From Candidatus Latescibacterota bacterium (lineage in GTDB: Bacteria; Latescibacterota; UBA2968), in assembly GCA_965198115.1 (NCBI GenBank), contig OZ240241.1:7136001-7200000 (forward strand): a stretch of 64,000 nucleotides of DNA, in the 5' to 3' direction. Position numbers and translations under genes: made by a program. Under the pieces are notes generated by a model. That model had not been told where the DNA came from, ran no database searches, and worked only from the letters and a program-made list of their open reading frames with translations. Shown here piece after piece: positions 61,401 to 64,000 of the stretch; the stretch's first letter is position 1; every line of letters begins with the position of its first letter.

Positions 61401-62070
61401 CCGAGAAGGGCCCGAACCACGTGTAGGTCAGTCCGCTGCCCGTTGAACCGGAGCCGTCCAGCGTCACCTGGATGGGGTTCCCACCGGAGGCGACCACCGT
61501 CTGAGCCGGTCCGGCCTCGGCGACGGGCGAACTGTCGGGTGGCCCGATACAGACCTTGAAATCGTCAATCATCGTGAATTCGGCGTCGCCGGTAAGGCGA
61601 ACGCTGCTGATGCCTATAGCGCACACCGCCAGAGGGTCCCAATTTCTGAAGAAAGGGTTGGAAGAAGCCAGGTTGCTCGGCCCGGAGTCGAAAGCGATGA
61701 GGTTACCGCTTACATCGAAGGCTTCGAGCCTGACGTCCGGGAATGAAGAGTAGAACAGCGTGACCGATGAGACCGGTTCGGTAAAGTTCACTACGCCGGA
61801 GGTGCCGGTCGCCCAGAAGGCGACTGTGGTCCCGGAGGGATTGTTTGCGAAGCTGCCGCTCGTGATCGTGAGCCAGCCGCTGTTCGTATCGAAATCCATC
61901 ACGGTTCCAGCGATCGTGAGTAACTGATTCCCGTGGCCTCCAGCTTCGAGTGTCGTTAGCTGGCACTCCCGAGGACCGTCCTGAGTGATGATCACTTCGT
62001 GCTGCGCCTCGACCCCGGATGTAAGCAGGAGTCCTGCCGCGACACACAAACTGCTGACCATTCGCCGCAT
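58483..62070 (-). CDS. Large secreted protein with three [beta-domain + PKD] modules and C-terminal FlgD-Ig/T9SS-type sorting domain
   Basis: Signal peptide; repeated VIITQDGPRECQL, A.AG..Q.V..VTLDGSGS; GDDDD tract; NHPNPFNP.T.I.YSLP..WDGRD..G..VSSGVY. Confidence 0.85.
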   Translation of the reverse strand: MRRMVSSLCVAAGLLLTSGVEAQHEVIITQDGPRECQLTTLEAGGHGNQLLTIAGTVMDFDTNSGWLTITSGSFANNPSGTTVAFWATGTSGVVNFTEPVSSVTLFYSSFPDVRLEAFDVSGNLIAFDSGPSNLASSNPFFRNWDPLAVCAIGISSVRLTGDAEFTMIDDFKVCIGPPDSSPVAEAGPAQTVVASGGNPIQVTLDGSGSTGSGLTYTWFGPFSEGGGTVTGQNPTVTLPVGVHSISLVVEEDTGCSAGDQVAISVMPSSYEVIITQDGPRECQLLTFEGGGEGPVAPGSGGSVDGSVVNFTPGSGWQTSEELSNVANLPSGTTYLFMNGPQGVPAEVTFDEVVSSVSLRYTSFVGVSLRAYDGNGDLVGLDTGATNTNPSTPQFSNWDLLSICAPGIARVEVVGFPLSTIIDDFTVCIGPLPSAQPIANAGSSQTVEAVPGDPSTQVTLDGSGSSDPDGGSLTYMWSGPFPEGGGTITGVSPTVTLLLGTHTILLVVTDISGCSDVAEVEITVDGCLVVDFEDGIQGAQYYPGTTVPGTDIRFSSEWRTLTSGPFSNNPSGSVVAFFSGHDFGEVTFDNAVPTVSMSYASIPAVTLEAFDSGGNLVASASGPGNAILPPPPGGLPLQVWDPIGVDAGSPVIVRVRFSGISGQTLIDDFSTCPLPATNAPPVADAGEDQSVEWAGGPTSVTLDGSGSSDPDDDDLAFTWTGAFPEGGGSATGEGPTVTLPLGTHTITLTVDDGNGGTATDEVVVLVVQSATRYSLIATHSMHIKQKATVHSGDVGVVDFGDPPFQADGVELVVGQRVETAVNVRVNGPRVRVKQRADILGTLVYSELVHVGQNATIANEEQVAAANWSLFSDGQGLPAFVSRTPGVVDVEVKKNESATLSPTDGPFNEIRVRQKGTLTFAGGEYHIANLDIGQNATIEFSAATTLLIADKLAIDQKTTFGPLPGSGIDASDILVYVEGVNGKAGGSGDDDGDDDDGDDDDGDDDDGDDGGGSPGSLKASPKAVKVGQKAVCDANIYAPNGTIHLRQKSTNTGAFIGKDIVVGKKTKVHHLSGFGASDESGGSGGTGGGVLKPTLAYFGLEAEPEISTVSLSNHPNPFNPVTTINYSLPDESHVRLVIYSALGQEVRRLVDEVKSVGRYSVRWDGRDALGRPVSSGVYLYRLVAGREQLVGKMVLAK
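59052..59111. repeat. 15-bp coding tandem repeat x4 (encodes GDDDD)
   Basis: CATCACCGTCGTCGT twice exactly, plus two variants. Confidence 0.85.
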
Positions 62071-62099
62071 CTTTACCGTAGACGTCGAGATGTGCTGCT

Positions 62100-63474
62100 G
62101 AGCTCAGGTCAATAGGTGTGTAAAAGAAATCAGGCGGCCATCTTCCCGGTTTCGACCTGCGGTCCGGTTGAGTGTTTCTGATCGTAGACTTGTTGTAGCA
62201 AGTGTGGCGCGGTGAGTTTCCTGAATCGGCTCTCTGCGACCTTGAGCGTACGCCAGATGAGAGCCGTGGCGTTCCTGACTTTCTTGAATCGCCTGGCGGC
62301 GTTTGTGCGAAGCCGAACGGAAGCAAAGGGGCTCTCGACGACGTTCGTGGTTCTCAGGTGTTTCCAGTGTTCCTTCGGGAAGTCGTAGAACGTGACCATC
62401 CGATCCCAGTCTCTTTCGAGCGTCTCCACGGCGGCAGGGAACTGTGAGCGATACCGTGCGGCAAAGCGTTTCCGGAGCTTCTCGGCCTCCTTTTTCGTGC
62501 CGGCATAGGGGATCTGGACGAGCAGTGCGCGGGCTTCAGCCTGTGCACGCTTGGCGACCTTGTCGAGCACGTTGAGGATCTTGTGGTTCCAGCACCGTTG
62601 TTGCCGGCTCTCTGGCCAGACCTGATCAACGGCCGCCCAGATGCCCATATTCCCGTCCGCGGCGATCAGGACAGGATGTTCGAGCCCGCGATCCCGGAGA
62701 TCCCGGAGCACCGTGAGCCAGGATTCTGTAGACTCTCGATAACCGGGTTCTATCGCCAGGATCTCCTTGCTGCCGTCGCTCATCGCGCCGATCACGACCA
62801 GCAGACACGCCTTCTCGCGCTCGAGCCCGGCTTTGACGTAGATGCCATCAGCCCAGGCGTAGACCAGTTCGCGATTATCCAGACGCCTTTCTTTCCAGTC
62901 CTGGAAGTCGACCTCCCACTTCCCTCGAAGACGAGCGATCGAGGTCGGCGAAAGCGGCGCGCCATCACCGAGCAGCGCACGCAAAGACAACTCGAAGTCG
63001 CCCTGGGAGAGACCGTGGAGATAAAGGTCGGGAAGCAGATCTCCAATGGCCCTGGTTCTCCGGGCGAACAGGGGGAGGATGCGGCTTTCAAACCGCTCTT
63101 CCAGACCACGAACCCGGGGACGCCGGACCTTGATCGTTCCGCAGCTCGTCGAGAGACGCCGGGGCTTGCCGTAGCCGTTCCTGTAGCCCGTGGAGCTATC
63201 GACCTCGGCTCGGCGCTCATACCACGACCGGCCCAAGAACGCGGTCGCCTCCTCCTCCAGAATGGACTGGAACCGGCCCTGGATCTCTTCACGGATCCAA
63301 TCGTCAACCGTCTCCCACGTCGGCATGGACTTCAATGGGGCTCTATGCGTATGTTCCTTCACGGCGATCCTCCTTCCCAACCGGGCCTCTCACCCGGTTT
63401 TGTGTGAATCAACTATCTCACGGGAAGGGTAGGGTCGCCCTTTCCTCTTTTTCCACACCTTTTGATTATAGCTC
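62100..63474 (-). mobile_element. IS256-family insertion sequence
   Basis: Imperfect IRs GAGCTCAGGTCAATAGGTGTGTAAAA and the reverse complement of the right end, GAGCTATAATCAAAAGGTGTGGAAAA; no flanking duplication. Confidence 0.88.
62130..63380 (-). CDS. IS256-family (Mutator) transposase
   Basis: YRNGYGKPR, WADGIY, AADG, QRCWNHK, RTTNVVES. Confidence 0.93.
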   Translation of the reverse strand: MGRRIAVKEHTHRAPLKSMPTWETVDDWIREEIQGRFQSILEEEATAFLGRSWYERRAEVDSSTGYRNGYGKPRRLSTSCGTIKVRRPRVRGLEERFESRILPLFARRTRAIGDLLPDLYLHGLSQGDFELSLRALLGDGAPLSPTSIARLRGKWEVDFQDWKERRLDNRELVYAWADGIYVKAGLEREKACLLVVIGAMSDGSKEILAIEPGYRESTESWLTVLRDLRDRGLEHPVLIAADGNMGIWAAVDQVWPESRQQRCWNHKILNVLDKVAKRAQAEARALLVQIPYAGTKKEAEKLRKRFAARYRSQFPAAVETLERDWDRMVTFYDFPKEHWKHLRTTNVVESPFASVRLRTNAARRFKKVRNATALIWRTLKVAESRFRKLTAPHLLQQVYDQKHSTGPQVETGKMAA

Positions 63475-64000
63475 CCGGAGATGACTACGATCAGCTGATG
63501 ACGGATGTGGATACAGCGGCGGAGATCGGGTCTCCACTTTTCCGGATCTTCAGTGGGCCGGTGCCGGAGGATGATAACGACCCGGCGTGGGGTAAGGCGA
63601 AGGCCGTGATCGATCGTGCCGAGGAAAACGGCATTGTGATCGCGCTCGAGAACTACGCGAATTCACCGGGTGGGACGCTGGCGGAGATCAGGACGGTGCT
63701 CGACCATTTCGACGTGCCGGCTCTCAAGACGAACATCGATACGGGGAATTATGCGGGATGGGATCAGGATGTCGTCGAGGCCATCGACGCGATTGGACTT
63801 CGAGCCGCATACGTGCACGTGAAAGACCCGGGAGGCGCCGGCACCAGCGTGCCGGGTGAGAGGGCGATCAGCCGATGAAGGATATCTTTGCAGCGCTGGA
63901 TGCGTTGCTTCAGAAGATCATTTACTGTTTCGAGTTTCCTGGCGGGGACGATCCGGACGATCGGATTCGGCGTGGGCTGGCGTGGGCTGGCGTGGATGGG
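63475..64000 (+). pseudogene. Sugar phosphate isomerase/epimerase (xylose-isomerase-like TIM barrel), 5'-truncated by IS256
   Basis: FRIFSG, IALEN, NIDTGN, YVHVKD; begins abruptly at the IS end; frameshift near 63860; 10-bp duplication GGCGTGGGCT near the window end. Confidence 0.75.

Noticed and set aside
63969-63998. GGCGTGGGCT tandem repeat as a functional array
   Set aside because: A short local duplication in a truncated gene at the window edge.
1-64000. CRISPR array, tRNA/rRNA, retron or DGR
   Set aside because: No regularly spaced 25-45 bp repeats with unique spacers, no recognisable RNA genes and no reverse transcriptase were seen by eye.

Overview
Two distinct halves. (1) About 1-21.9 kb is the right part of a decaying integrative, phage-satellite-like island. 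It holds a primase zinc-finger gene, alpA, a protein made of two tandem HTH (terminase-small-subunit-like) modules, an IS3-type IS flanked by a 15-17 bp direct repeat, two near-identical ISL3 copies (each with its own target duplication), a perfect 29-bp-arm hairpin element, a Phd-VapC toxin-antitoxin pair and many gene fragments (XRE, CHASE, ankyrin, HsdR C-terminus, UvrD C-terminus, IS200-like end). It ends in a broken large serine recombinase that runs into host repeats. The largest intact cargo is a three-gene operon: SNF2-family helicase + Mre11/SbcD-like nuclease + Rad50/SbcC(YhaN)-like coiled-coil ATPase. This is the best candidate for an undescribed defence system. (2) About 22-64 kb is host chromosome rich in sugar-acid catabolism genes (enolase superfamily, uronate-dehydrogenase-like SDRs, uxuA, galK, PhyH, amidohydrolases). 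It also has dapF, an atypical MotA/ExbB-ExbD-like motor locus, a sigma-70 factor with a palindrome-flanked promoter, a di-heme cytochrome/beta-barrel/hybrid kinase locus, a tandem-Rid protein, a DUF1016N-thermonuclease fusion, a large PKD/FlgD-Ig secreted protein and an IS256. Intergenic spaces repeatedly carry degenerate 7-10 nt tandem repeats and REP-like palindromes. Several core genes are split by single frameshifts, most likely long-read indels. Gene content suggests an FCB-group host such as Latescibacterota (inference only). No CRISPR array, tRNA or rRNA was recognised. All family calls come from motifs read by eye; no searches were run.
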